DNA of 60,000 bases. Origin: Lytechinus pictus. Taxonomy: Eukaryota. The notes beneath the pieces are model-generated. The model saw only the letters and a program-made list of their open reading frames with translations. It was not told where the DNA came from and made no database searches. The stretch is from positions 10,852,001-10,912,000 of the forward strand of contig NC_087252.1 of the NCBI RefSeq assembly GCF_037042905.1. Direction: 5' to 3'. Shown here in pieces: positions 14,701 to 29,700 of the stretch (its first letter is position 1; each line of letters opens with the position of its first letter). The position numbers and the translations under genes were made by a program.

Positions 14701-17700
14701 AGGTTTGGGACGTGAATTCCAGGATATAAATGACACACATGATGGGCTAATGTATAAGCAGGGACACGAGAGGTATAAGCAACATTTTTTTTGCTTAATT
14801 AAGTTTGGCATGAGATGGACTTGGTCTTTTTTATGATTCAAGTCGATTTTATACCAAGTTTGTTTTAATCAACAATCAATGTTTGAAGCTTCATGATTTC
14901 AATTTTAAAACCTCTTTGTTAATTAAACAGTCATTTTTCTTAGCATATGCAGCTTCTTGATTTATCAAATTTAAATTATAAAATGTCATTTTTGCTGAAT
15001 ATCCTTTTTTCCCACCTATTTTCATAGGCCCTAAGATACATTTCTGTAGTAAGCACTATAAATACATTGCAAGCTATTATCATTTGTTTGATATTACTAT
15101 TTTATAGAATTATCCTTTAATTTCTTTCAGAAATATACAGGTATTTGACAAATTACTTGTGATATTCATGCTTTAGCTGTAGAGTTTAAAATCTTCATTA
15201 AACTTTTTTTAATCTATTGTTTATCTATTTTTATTCAGAGTTTCTGATGCATTGTTAAGAAAACGTAAACAGTCTATTCAATCTTCGTATCATTATGTAA
15301 AGAATATCAATCTACCTTAAAAAGTAATGCACTAAATAAACTGCTCTGTCTACTACACATGTACATATAAGTTTTGATTTTAAAGGTCAAGTCCTCCCCA
15401 GAAAAAAATCGAGTTGAATTAATAGAAAAATATCAACCGAGCATAATGCTGAAAATTTCATCAAAATCGGTTGTAAAATAGGAACGTTATGACATTTTTA
15501 GATTTGGCTTATTTTTCACAACACAGTTATATGCACAGATCAGTGACATGCAAATGAGACAGTCAATGACGTCCTTCACTATTTCTTTTGTTTTTGTTGC
15601 TTGAATTGTACAACATTTCATTTTTTACAGATTTGACATTGAGGGCCAACTTGATTAAACCAAAATTATAGTATTAAAATAATGCAAATCCCACATGTTC
15701 GGGGGGGGGGGGGGGGGGGGGGACTAATCTTGGTTTCACTTGACAATGAAGAGAAAATTTGAATATTTCATCTAGTAGAATAAATAGAAATAGTTTGCAT
15801 GCCGACTGGGATGTACATATAAGTGTGTGGTCAAGCAAAACTTTTAAAATGTCATAATTTAATATCTTTCCATCAGATTTTGATGAAATTTTCAGTGTTA
15901 CGCTTGTTGGGTTTTTCTCTTTTTATTCAAATCAACTTTGTGGGGGTGGACTTGTCCTTTTATATCGTTTTCAAGTAATTGTGTCAGGAGAAAACAAAAA
16001 TGAAATTCTTTTATCAATTCTGTCCATATGCTGCATGGTTCATCGTTCTTGCAGGAGGCAAAAAATAAATTTATATAAGAAAGACTTATTTTATTTACTT
16101 TCAGATAAAAATTGTGCTAAGGAGAGATTAAGGTTATGTGTAAGGCAGGGGTGGTGGTAATGGTATGTTGGTTAAGGTTGTTTATGAAGAAAGTCAAGTG
16201 ATTGCTTGCTTGTGCAGGAGGATATACTTCAAGAAACTTGTTGTAGGGTATAATGCAAAATTATTATAATAGAATTTAATTGCGAGAAAAGTATTTGGCA
16301 CGTTAAGATGCACAATAATGTACATGTGATGGAAGCAAATGAGAAATGAAAGGAGTAAAGGTAGCTACATGTGTCAATGAGAGAATGGCCAGTGGTGTTA
16401 TAGCATAAATCTTTGTTTAAAAGTTATTTTATTTTAGGAAATTTAGTCCGTTCAGTTTGAAAGTATAGAGGGGGGACCATGGACCACTGACCATGGAAAA
16501 AAGTCCCCCCCCCCCAAAAAAAAAAAAAAAAAAAAAGAAAGGTGAAACACATTTTTTCTGAATATTATGTCAAATCTATCACAAAATTTGATATTTGATA
16601 CTAAAATTTTTGATATTTTTCCTTGCTCGCAATTTTTTTTAACCCGATACGCCATATATTTAGCCCCCTCAAAATTTTGGGCTTAATACGTACGCCACTG
16701 ATATTTCCCCAATTTCAAATATATTATTATGATTGGGTGGAATACCATTTACACTTATCCAGGGATGATAAGTCTTCATTTTTATGATAAGGAAATTGTG
16801 TTTCCTTTAAAGAAAAAAATACTGCAAGCATGGTGAATAGCTTGACCCCCCCCCCCCCCTCCAAAGCAAACTGGAGCTGAGTATAGGTTAAGGTTGGGAA
16901 TAATGCGATTGCAAGAGTGACCAGTTAGTGTGGAGGAGCTACCAATGAGTATCTCAGCTCCTTTTAGAGATGTTTGTAGAACTGACGTACAGAGTAGGCC
17001 CCCCCCCCCGAAATAATAATAAATTCACGACCAAGAAAAAGAAATGAGGGTGAAATATAATATTTTTTTTTATATTATGTGAAAATCTAACACGAACATT
17101 GATTTTTCATGTCAATTTTAAAAAAAATTGCTCGCTTATTTTTTTTTCTTTTTTGAAATCAATTTATCGAGATACACCATATAAAAGGACAAGAATAAAT
17201 AAATGAATTGAAAATATTACTTCCAATTAATGGGAAAGGAAAAGAGGCACGCTTGTGGACGCGAGATCAGATCAAAGGTCATGTCGCTTGGCCCCACGCG
17301 ACGCTGGCCCCACCATTTACCAATTAACGTACAAAACCCGGGAAAAAACCTAAACAAAGATTCAATTCCATTTTCTATCAAAGCTAGCTCCGGGCAAAGT
17401 TCCACCGGACTTCGATAAGGTAGGATTATACAACAGTATCAGATTGGTTATGATTTAATTCAAACAAATGTGCACTTGATCTAGATGTAATTGGTGTGTA
17501 ACGTTAGTTTTAGATTTATTTTTCCTTAGATCTAACTTCCTCAGGCCTAAATTTAAACGCAGTTACGGCACGCTATTAGGCCTAACTTAGATCCACGTCT
17601 AACTGCACTGTTACGATGGCGATCGATCTGGACTTCATACATTAGACCAAAAAGGCAAAACTAAAAAAAAAAAAAATTGGGTCTCTGTCATTGTTCCGCC

Positions 17701-20700
17701 GGACTCTGTTGCCTTCACTCACCAATTGAGAAATAAGAAATTGAAAAAAAAATGTGTAAAACCCCCTCGAAACAGCCGGCTGCTGCAGCTGTAAAAAAAA
17801 TGGTTAAAACTTCTTCACGTTGCAGTACACCTACCGTACGGTACGGTACCGTACATTATATGTTGATATTGAACTTCTCGATACGGTACGATGCTGCAGG
17901 CGCAGTCCGCACGCAGGCAGCGCTAGTCCGAACCTAAGTTGGCCAATATTAACAAATAAGTAATGACAATGTTCGTTATCAACACCTCATTGCTAAGAAA
18001 TTCAAGTGCATGCTGCTGATACATGATTTTGGGGTTGAGTTCTGCTTCCTAACTCATGTGATGCAATGGCGACATTTCATATGGCCCTAGCAGACAAAAC
18101 TCTCAAATACGGCACTGAGCATGCTCAGTACTGCTTTATTACACTGAGCATGCTCAGTGCAGTGTTATAATAGTATGCTAGCTTCAGTCCATGATTTAAT
18201 CCATGGACTAAAGTTATCACCGGGGTATAACTCAGCCGTGGGTTAAATTTAGCACCGGGTGCTAAAGTTAGTCCATGGATTAGTTAGTCCACCGTTTGTG
18301 AATAGCGCGGTGGACTAACTTTATACCCCGGTATTAGTTAACCCCCGACTAAATTTAACCCCGGTATAACTTTAGTCGACCTTTGTGAATTCGGGCCATA
18401 GAGATTTTTGAAATATTACTTTTTTATTCTATAAGTAATGGTCTCTCTGAAACGTAGTACATTTTTGTAAGCGATCCATAACGAGTGGGGAAAATATTAC
18501 AGAATAAAGTTATTTATTAAATTACAGATCAACGTAAACATCTAAAATGCATGTTTCTTCAAAATGTTTTCGAGATACGATGTAAATTCATAAATTTGTA
18601 ATTTTCTTGATAATTCAGTGTGCTCCTCTTTACTTATAAAACAACATTGTGCGAATTTCCTGTAGGAGAAATTATGACATTGGTGGATTTCCATACAGTC
18701 GCGGTCGATCAAATCAATCATAGCTCTTTGTAAAACAGGACACTGGAATAACTTCACAGTCACTTTTAGGAAATCGGTAAACTGCTGATTTGTCTCCTGC
18801 AAACTCGTCCACTCATCACATTGTCTGCCTTCAATTAGTCTAATGCTATTGCGTCCATCAACATTTCGTCTAACAACCAATTGGTCCAATTACCACTAGG
18901 TCCAATAATCACTTCGTCTAATCACCAGTTCGTCAATCACCATGTTGTCTAATAACCAGTTGGTCCAATACCCATTTTCTTTTCATTCATTTCGCACAAT
19001 TAACACTTGACCAAATGGTTTATAGACTAAATGGCTATTGGACCAACTGGTTATTAGACGAAATGGTGAGTGGACGAAATGGCAATTAGACCATGTGGAT
19101 AGTGGACGAATCAACGATAGATGAAATGATAGTAGACGAATTGGCATTAGACCAATTGGAAATAAACCCTCTCGTCTTCATTCCTACCTGTAACTGAACC
19201 CTGGACACAGAACATCCCTATCGGGCAGATATCTCCAGTGACACCGTCCTCAGGGGCAGGCTCACTAGATCCTAGGGTGCAGAAGAAACCGGCCTGGCAT
19301 TCGGCCTTGGGGGCCTGTAGACCAGCCTCGTCACAGTACCAACCGGCGTCACATGGTGTACACATGTCTACCAGACAGAAGAAGAATATGGAAAAATAAT
19401 GGGTTAGATAAATAATTTTTTTTAAATAGATTTTGAGTGCCAACAAGCTATTCTGTTATTCAAACTAGGCTCATGAGATTAACATTGATTTGCCTTTAAG
19501 AATGAGCTTTGGGGACCCCATCGTTACCTCTGTAATACATTTATGCTGTGAGCAATAAAGCCCTGAATTAAATGCACCTGTATGTAGTGATTATTGAAAA
19601 TGTATAAACAACCAAAAATACCATCCAATTTCATGCTATATATATATGTACTACTAGCCAGCTTAAAGGAAATATATCATTATGGGTAGATAATCTAATT
19701 ATTGAGGGAAAATAATATTATATCTCAAATTTTGGCTGTAAAGAACTTACCAACACTGGCAAGGTTTGTCCTGTTGGAGTAGGTTCCTGGCGGACACATG
19801 TTCTGCTGGGCGTACTCCGTTCCGTTCGGACAATAATGGCCCATAATGCAATCCTGGGGTACGATCACTCCCGTCACATTGTTCAGCTCGTAGGGGTCAC
19901 AGTATGACCCTTCAGGGCAAAGGTCGCAGGCACCCTGACCCTCCGAGGACTGGTATGTACCTGGTAGGAAACAAAAATGATAATGGTTAGTTTCAGGGAT
20001 GTAGTCAAAGCCGTCCTCAAGGCCACATTTTTCATGCCTTGGCCTCTGCCTTAGACCGAGTCCAGCGTACAAAGACTATAAGAGAAGAGTTTCTCCAGTG
20101 TCTTCATGACTAGGAACTACCAGCCTTGACTACATCCCTGGGCCCCGTTGCATAAAAGTTACCATTATGGTGACATTGCCATCCAATGATATCTTTCATG
20201 GAATCCTTGATTTTGATTGGCTGCTGATGTTACCATGGAAGTTACCATTAGATAGCAAAGTTACATGTACCATAATAGTAACTTTTATGAAACCTTTATG
20301 TGGCTGTCTTCTATTCCAAAATGAAAAAAATATAGAATGTAAAAAAGGTTGCTCTTTTTCCAGTTTTTTTTAATAGTTGAAATTATTAAAATCTAACCAG
20401 AAACAATTGCAATTTTCTACATTTTTATTTATCAAAAATATATGGGCAGAAATCTTCAGTGATCACATTTTTGATCAGTTAGTAAGCCGACAATCATACT
20501 TTGGAACACCCATATAAAGTGACCCATAAATTTTATCATCATCCCCTTAACCCTAATTCTCCCGGGGGGGGGGGGCCATAATGGCCCCCCCCTCGACAAT
20601 TTTCGCGATATATCCGCTGCGCAAATTTTTTTGACCTCGCCGCTTACTGACTTTTTACTTTCAAGTCTCGCGCAAATTTTGAGACCAAATTTATGACGCC

Positions 20701-23700
20701 CGGGTACGCGGTTCCGACATTACGCAACATTATGTAAGTGCATGTCAGACCCAAAATTGCTCATAAACGTGATTTCATGTACATGTACAAATCCAATACA
20801 AATTGTGTATTTAGCCAAAATTTATAAATATATCATTATTTCTACTTTTACTGATTAAACTTAATTAATTTTGTCTTGTTTATGATCAGAATTAAGTCTG
20901 GAACAATTTCCATTGAAAAAACAATAAAAAACAAAAAGTAAAAAAACAAAGAAATACATAAGAAATTCATAAAACAATAAAATACGTAAGAAATTGATTT
21001 CCAAACCGAATTTTTTTTTATTGCGATTGTTAACAATACTACAAAGAATATTTTTACCAAAAATTAGCATTCTAGGAGCTTTATTTAGTGAATTAAAGCA
21101 AAAAGAATGATTTATGCATAAATTAGCATAATTAATTCATATAAAATAAAATCTCAATATTTTGGAAAATTTTACCATACAGCCTTGTAGATTACATCGT
21201 ACACTACCAGCATGCAAATTTTTGCGTCGCTCGCGCGATCGGCGGCCGAGATCTTAGGGGGGGGCCATAATGGCCCCCCCCCCGGTAATGACAAGAATCA
21301 AAATACCCCGGGAGATTTAGGGTTAAAAAATTATGCTAAAGTTGAAAGTTTCTTACCTCGAACACAAAGCTCTGGAGCCGAGCTTCCGACTGGACAAGAG
21401 AAGCCAGCTGGACATGTAAACTGGACAGGGGTCTTGGTTGCTTGACCGCCAGGACAGTAGTATCCAGCGTAGCACTGACCGGATGGTACTGACAGACTCT
21501 CTCCAGCACAAAAGTGTCCTAAGTGCGATAAAAAAGATTGGTACAAATTTTGTTTTCATGATGACAGTAGTACTTGAGATTTAAAAAAAAAAAACATCTT
21601 AAGTCGCATCCACTATATAATAAATGTCTCAAAAATATAATGACTAGGGGTTTATTATGCCTAATTTTATTTTTACAATTTGAGTGGACATATATCAATG
21701 GTGATTGTTCATTCCAATCGTCATTGATATATGTCCACTCAAAGTATATACTTGTCCTCGCTACAAATAATACGAAATTAACAGTGAGAAAGATGTAATG
21801 ACTTGAATGTACTTTTACTTTGAAGTGAAATTACTTCAAAGTAATGAGGACACAAATAACATACTAGCATCAGGAGTATTTTTGTTGATTGATTAATAGA
21901 TTTTCAATAAAAAATGTATCTCTTTTGATCATGACATTCAATACCCCAAACTAAAATGGAACGGCCCACTCACCTGGTGTGCAAGACTCGCAATTGGCTG
22001 ACTCAGTGTTGCCTGTGGTATTTGAGAATGTTCCATTTGAGCATGGGGTGGGGTAGGGCGAGCCTATCTCACAGTAGTGACCGGCTGGACATTCAAATCC
22101 TACAGGTTCTGGGTTGTCATTTCCTCCTGGGCAGTAGAAACCAGCGTTGCATTGAGCTGTAGTGGAATGATGACATAAAGCGATTTTGAAATTAATTGGA
22201 TGGATTTGGAATGAAGGAAATTAAATCCTTTTATGTACCAGAGAGTTTGACATTAAGGGTCGAATATTTCAAGGGGTTAGCGTACCAGCGTTCATTCCCA
22301 TCAACATCATCATCATCATCACCACCACCATCATCCTTATTCACTCATCAATTGATTGAATGATTCATTCATTCATTCATTCTCCTCCTCCTTCTCATCA
22401 TCGTTGTCATCAATGTATCATCATCACCAACATTCAACACTACCATTCATCATCATCACCATTATCATCATCATCGTAACCATCATCCTCACCACCACCA
22501 TCATCATCACCATCATTACCATCATTGTCATCATCATCATCACCATCAGAATTAACACCTACATTATCTGAGCCTCTCCTGTTCCCAACATCAATATCAT
22601 TTAAGTTACGTATACTACCCCCCACCGTTCCACCAACCTATATGCCAACCCCAGACCAAGCAACCCCTCCAATAGCTCACCAGTAGGAGCATCAAGCTCA
22701 TAGTCCAAACAGTAATAGCCCGGATCACAATCAATCGGTCTGGATGCCCCAGCTGGACAGTAGGTTCCAGGTGGACATCTGTTGCCAGTGTAGTTGGCTG
22801 CTGGACAGGTGCAGTCTGAGATGATCGATGCATTGCCTGCAAGAGAAATTAACAATTGCTTGTCTTTAAATTCACTGAAATCAATATGACATATATACCC
22901 AACACTCAGACAATTTCCATGGCTGATGAAATTGATTTGATTTGCGCGTAGTGTATTACCTTCGCTACCAATGTTCATTACAATGAAGATAGCTTAAAGT
23001 TGATATTACAATGATGATTGATTCCACAATTCCTTATATGTCATTTACCTCAAATGAGTATTTTCATGTATGTTTCCTTCTCATCTAATTCCCATGTTTA
23101 CTTTAAGAAAATCTGTAATCCGCAAGTGATTAAATACTTGACTGTACAATGAATCCCAAGCACAAGATAGAATAAGGATCATTCAGTAGAACTAGCAGTG
23201 AGATCCAAGCAAAATTTAGTCTAAATGATTAGAAGAACTGCTTATTAACTAAATTTTCATGTGAAAAAGTACAATAAAAATAGGAGACGAATTGGAAAGT
23301 AGGCCATCTTGGTATTAGACTAGATGATATTTAGACTAAGTTCATACGTGACTAAGTGATAGACTAAATTGTTAATTAGACCAAATTTATAGAAGACAAA
23401 ACAAGTCTAGCCAATGTGCCATCAGACAATTTGAGAAAGTAGGACAACTGCTAATAGACCAACAAAACCAAACCATCTGTTTAAATACTTGAAAAGGAGC
23501 ACAGACCTGGTGGTAGGGGCATGGAGCTAGCCGATCCTCCTGTGCAAAACCAGCCGGCCGAGCAGTTACCCGTCGGCATCGGCAGCCCCTCGCCCTGGCA
23601 GTACATCCCCGGAGGGCAAAGGTCACAGGAAGTGCTATTCTGTTGCATCACAAGGCCGTTGTAGGTCCCTTCGGGGCATGGGTACTGGATGTCGTAGGCC

Positions 23701-26700
23701 GTACCAAGGGGGCAGTAGTGGCCCTCAGGGCAGGGGTACATGGTGGGGTCGCTGGTGTTCGAGGGGCAGTAGTAGCCGGCTATGCACGGGTCGCATGTTG
23801 ATTGTTCTGTGAATCAAGAAAATATTTGATTTCAGAGCATGCTAATGATGTAGAGAGTTTGTGATATAATGACATACAAAAATGTTTTTTTATGCTTTCA
23901 TTTCTTAACTGTAGTAGCTGGTTATAGAGGGGTCGCAAGTTAATTGTTCTGTAAATCAAGAAAATATCAGATTTCAGTGAATGCTAATGATGTAGAGAGT
24001 ATGTGAAATGATGATAGGCAAAGATCTTTCCAGTTTTCATATCTTAACAGTAGGAGCTGGCTATAGAGGGGTCACATGTAGATTGTTCTGTAATTGATGA
24101 AAGTATAGGATTTCAGCACATTATTGATATCCAGAATCCGTGAAATAATGATATGAAAAGATCAAATTTTCAGTGAAAGTCACAGACTTTTTCTTTCATA
24201 CATTGTTTCCCTTGACATGACAAAACCTACTAGATTTCAAAGCAAAGAACAGGGACCATTGAATGAAAGCAAAAATAGCACAGGGCACAAAATTCCTTAC
24301 GTGGGCTACTTGTATAGGTGCCAGCATCACATTCCAATGGTCGTATTGATCCTGTCGGGCAGTAGCTCCCCTCGGGGCAGACTCCGCCCACTCCAGTATG
24401 ACTACTAGAGGGCGTGGCAACATCGACTCCGTATTCACAGTAGAATCCTTGTGTGCACTGGCCATCTTCCCGACCAAGACCAGGAGTGCTGCAGTAATAT
24501 CCGCCTAGGTGAAACGGGGGTGGAGAATTAGTAATAAACACTAAAGTACGTCTCTTATAGAGCACAAAGTATTCATAAATTGGGTTCATGGATGTAACCA
24601 ATGCAGAGGGCGTATCAAAGTGTTCATGCTTTAATTACACAAACCTTCTAGCTGTGCATTTATAGATTCAGCACTGCTTTTTGGGTGCAGCATTGTCTCC
24701 ATAGCGTGTAAAAGCTACAAAGTCATCCTGCCAACCCATTTTTATAAAACAAATAATGCATGTATAAAAACTATGCTAGTAACAATGCAGGCATTTCATG
24801 TATTCATGCTTATTCATGAATAATAAAAAAACAAAAAAAAAACTAAATACACAAGAAGTAGACATTCCTGAGAAGGTATCAGAAAATATGTCACTCACCT
24901 GTACAAGGAGAACACTCTGATTCTCTGGCCAAACCGCTGCTATTCCCGAAGTAACCTGCCGGGCAAGCAATGACATCATAGCCGGTCCCCTCGGGGCAAT
25001 AGTAGCCCTGAGGGCAAAGGTCAGCTGTGTCGCCATGGATACACTGTCGGCCAGACGGGCAGACGTAGCATGCAGCCGCTCCGGTGTGGTTGACGTAGGT
25101 TCCGTTGGGGCAAGGGACTGGGGCTACAGATCCGAGCTCGCAGTAGTAACCAGCAGGGCATATGTCGCCTGTTTTAAAAGAAAAAAAATGTAATATTGCA
25201 AAATTAATAATATGAACTGAATCAAATGAATAGACCACCTACTGAAGATAATGACCTGTAATTGCAGTAAACAAAATATTTCATGAGAAAATCTTTAAAA
25301 TCAAGGTTAATTGTGACCATGTCATCATAGATCTTGATCTGGTTCATTTGTGAAAATATGAAATCTAAGCAGATCAAAAAATCAATATGTAATATCACAA
25401 CATTAATATGAACATAATCAAATGAATAGACCACCTATTGATTATAATTACCTGTAGTTCCAGTAAACAAATATCTCATGTGTCTTTAAAATGAAGATTA
25501 ATTGTCACCATATCATCACAGATCTAGATCTGGGTCCCGTAACACAAAGGTTAGCGATTGATCATACGCTTGATTTTTATGATTGATTGTACATTGTAGT
25601 CAATGGAATCAATCATAGAAAAATGTTCTACGATCATTGCTAAGTTTTGTGTTACCGGCCCCTTTGGCTCGTTTCATAAAGACTTACAACTGTTGTTACT
25701 TTGCCATTATGGTAACTTCCATGGCAACAGGGCTCAGCAGCCAATCAAAATCAAGGTTACCATGGTAGTTGCCATAATGGCAAAATCAAAACAGTTGCAA
25801 CTCTTTATGAAACGGGCACCTGGTTCATTCATCTAAACCTTCACGCAAATTTGTGAAAATATGAAATCTCAGCAGATATCAAGAAAATTTACCTGTGATG
25901 CCGTCCATTGGATTGCTTCGATTAGAGCCACCTGAGCAATAGAAGCCTTCAGAACATTCAGCTGTCACGTTGGTCTTGCCGGGAGTCTCGCAGTAGGATC
26001 CTGAAATTGGAATATTGGAGTATTAGACAACCTTATACATGTAATGTCCGCTATTGCAAGTTAAGGTGGCACCATACAATCACAACTTGCCTGTAACAAA
26101 CAATAATAATGATTAAATATATTGTACAATGCTGTTTGTCTAGAAGTATTCTGTTTCTAAGCACCATCATCCCCATCACCATCCTCATCAACATCTTTGG
26201 CATCATCACTACCACCATCACCACCACCACCATCACTATCATCATCATCATCATCATCATCATTACCATTGTCCTCATCATAAAAATCATCTTCATCACC
26301 AACGCCACCATCATCGCAAACATTGGGAATCTACATGTAAGACCACCAACCTGCACTGCAAGGTAAGCAATCGTCCAATTCATCCGCTCCTTCGACGTCC
26401 AGGAACATTCCTGGAGGACAAGGCTCTGGGATATCTGTTCCGTTGAGGCAGTAGTGTCCTGGAGTGCACACATCACCGTACGTCTTGCCCACTGGGGCCA
26501 TCTCCTCAGAAGAGCTCAAGCAATAGTAACCTATGGTAAAAGAATAATTTATCATTGAAATTAATGTAAATGAATGTAATACTTTAAAAACCAGCTGTAC
26601 AGGAGCCACCTTTCTATATAGGTCACAAAAATGATTTCCCTTGCAACACCTATTACATAAAAATTTGCAATTTTCATGTCTTAATGGATTTTTAAATATC

Positions 26701-29700
26701 ATTTTAGACAGGGATAACTGTCTTTTCTGGAGATTTATACACAAATAAAATGATGCTTGCATAACACAGATGGTAGTTCACTAGTCCAAGCGCCATTGAG
26801 ATAGTTGAATGTGCAGAAAATGATCCATTATCATGCTTTTCAACATTTTACAATAGATGTCTAAATCATGCCCCCAAAATCTGTTGTTAACAGGCCACAC
26901 ATTTCCAAGAGGGAAAAAAAATGAAAAGTAAACTCATGCTGGATAACCTGTGCTTCATAGTGAATTTTTCTACAATGCGCCAAAGGTCAACAACTCCCCC
27001 CCCCCCCCGAAAAAACCCAAACAATGACATGATAACTTGTCTAAATACATGATACTTTCAACAAAATTTTTGACATAGATTTGCTTTCTGAGTCAACCCT
27101 TACCTGCCCAGCAAGGTCCAGAGACAGCGGTCAATCCAGTCCGGCCACAGTAGTAACCGGCCGTACAGTTCCAGCATTGATCGGCACCCATTAAACCAGT
27201 CTGGATACTAAATGTACCCTTGGGGCACCCCACTCCGGTGATGCTCCCAGTCTCACAGTAGCGTCCCACAGGACACTCGTCTCCTGTGATTCCGTCAACA
27301 GGGGTGGCACTGGATGCGCCCTGAGTACAGAAGTGGCCCGGGGCACAGTAGTCAAATGGCATGGTGTTTCCTAAAGTCAAAACAAAAAGGAAAAAATCCC
27401 AAATTTCGTACAAGGAAAAATTTATTGAATCTTGGTTTGCAATGCGTATACAACTAAAATCAAATCTAAAATGAAGCACAAACCACTTTTTAAATGAATA
27501 TTTGTGTTTGAGCTGCTGCGATGTTTATCATATCTTGCAAAGTTTTCAGATTTGCTACTTGGTGATATTCCAACCTAAATCGTTATATGCATCTCATTCT
27601 TATTGAAATATTTCTATACTGAATCATGCAGTTATATGGCTTATCCCCTATTACATTTGTTCAATCTGAAATCATTTTAAAACTTAGGATCTACATTTTA
27701 TTAACCCATTAAGGTACAGTGCATTTTTTAAAAGATACCTTTGCAGTTTCTCTATCCCGAAACACCATACTTCCTGCTTGAAAGGCAAATTGTCAACCCT
27801 TTGTTAATTTATTCTTCTTCTATAAACTTAATTTTGTACTGCGTTTATATCTATTTTTTTCTGAGAATGAAAATGAATGAAATATTTGTTGCCAATTTGA
27901 TGAGTTGGGTAATTTAATATTGACCTCATGAAAGCTGTAAAAAAATTACAGTAAAGAAACCCTTTAAACTATGTTATTCAACCACTATAGGATGATTTAA
28001 TATGGGATTTGACCGAGGCATATCTTATTTTACTTTTTTAAAACAATTTTTGGTACCTTCTCCTGGGCAGTACATTCCAGGTTCACATGGAGTACATTGG
28101 GTGTAGTTATAGAGACCAGTCTGGTTGCTGTATGTTCCAGCAGGACACAGGTACTGGGTACCGAATTCCGTGCCTTCGGGACAGTACGATCCTCCGGGGC
28201 ATATCGTGGGTACAGCCACGCCTCGGTAGCTTCGGTAACGGCCGCTGAAGTTGCCGGTTTCTGTGATGTTCTCTGCATCCAGGAGCTCATAGTCACCTAA
28301 TGCATGTAAGAAAACAGTGATAAAGTATCGAAAACACAATTTCTTAGGAATATTTCCCACCCCAAAAAAATTTTGCCATTCCCAGGGGCCCATATCATAA
28401 AGCTGTTTGTAAGTTAAGAGCGACTTTAAGAACGACTGGTGATCCTTTCTTGTGGTAAATGACGTTCACCATTATATGTTGGTGATTATTTAGCGCGTAA
28501 GAAAGGATCAGCAGTCGTTCTTAAAGTCGCTCTTAACTTTCGGACAGCTTTATGAAACACCCACCAGGTATCTATCTAATGCTTATATATCTTGAAAATT
28601 TACATGATTCATTTAAAAAAAGATGCTCTTATGATCTATTTGTCCACACAAAAAAATGATTTCATCCTCAAGTATTTCAATCTTTCTTTGCAAGTCGAGT
28701 TAGCTGTGGATCAGTTCGTAAAACAAATATTGATCGTGTCTGATAACTGTTATAAGCTACTGAAATCCTTGCATCTGATTGGCTCAGAACAAATGAGTCA
28801 GGGAAGATCATTGTCAAGATGCTCTATGAAACAGTATCCTGGTACCTCACCAAATGCCTTGAAACTTTGATAATGTACAGAAATAAAGTCATTGTTGAAA
28901 AAAATGGTTTGAGATAATTCTTTACAAGTTGAGTTTAGCTAAGGAGCATCTCATGAAACCATTATAAGCTACTCAACTCCTTGCATCTAAAAGCAGGCCC
29001 TGGTAAAGCCTCTTGCTCAAGTGCAAAAGACCCAACATACAAATAAATCTTACCACAGTTGTCGCCTAGGATTAGAAGTCCATCCTAGGTTTCCCTGTGG
29101 AAAGGCTCAGAGCAAATTAGTCAGTAAAAATCACTCACCGAATGCCTTGCAGTAAGAGCCCTCCGGGCAGATATCACAATCACTCTGCTTCCAGTGAGGT
29201 TGGTAATACCCTGAAGGACACCCGGTCTGGTTCCAGCTGCCCTGCTCACAGAAGTGACCAGGACTGCAGGCAAGGTCAGTGGGCTGGGAGGTGTTCTGGC
29301 CGCCTGGGCAGTAGTAGCCAGCAGTGCATTCCGCCGTGGGGCTTGGAAGGCCGTAGTTCTCGCAGTACATGCCGGCGGTACACAGCAGGCAGTCACTGAT
29401 GTTCACATTCATCGTGTATGCTGTATGGGAATGAAAGTAATGCCATTTATAGTAACTTCTTAAAATGTGAGTCCAGAGATTATTAAAGGCAAGGATATAA
29501 GTGTATTAGTGGACTAGATCACAAAAGGGGTTAACAAGCAAAACAATGAACTAAGTATTGCAAGAACTGAAATTAAAAAAAAGTGATGATTAAGTGTTTT
29601 TATCATATTGTGTGGCAAAACCTGTGCCTGACAGGCGAAAAACTAATGGAATCACTGAGACCTTTGGGTCTCTTGATTCTGCTGATTTGAGTGTGCAGGT

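Larger units (their letters stand above)
10082..18397 (+). mobile_element. PIF/Harbinger-superfamily DNA transposon (8.3 kb, non-autonomous)
   Basis: Perfect 35-bp TIRs GGCCCGAATTCACAAAGGTCGACTAAAGTTATACC; ATA on both flanks (3-bp TSD); subterminal GGACTAA/GTTATACC repeats at both ends; internal HARBI1-like transposase remnants. Confidence 0.9.

Noticed and set aside
15000..18100. Expected Harbinger Myb/SANT partner gene
   Set aside because: No recognisable Trp-repeat ORF remnant found; a tBLASTn search would be needed
18542..18889. 115-aa minus-strand ORF
   Set aside because: Intronic, partly overlaps a repeat, no motif, and not needed for the gene frame
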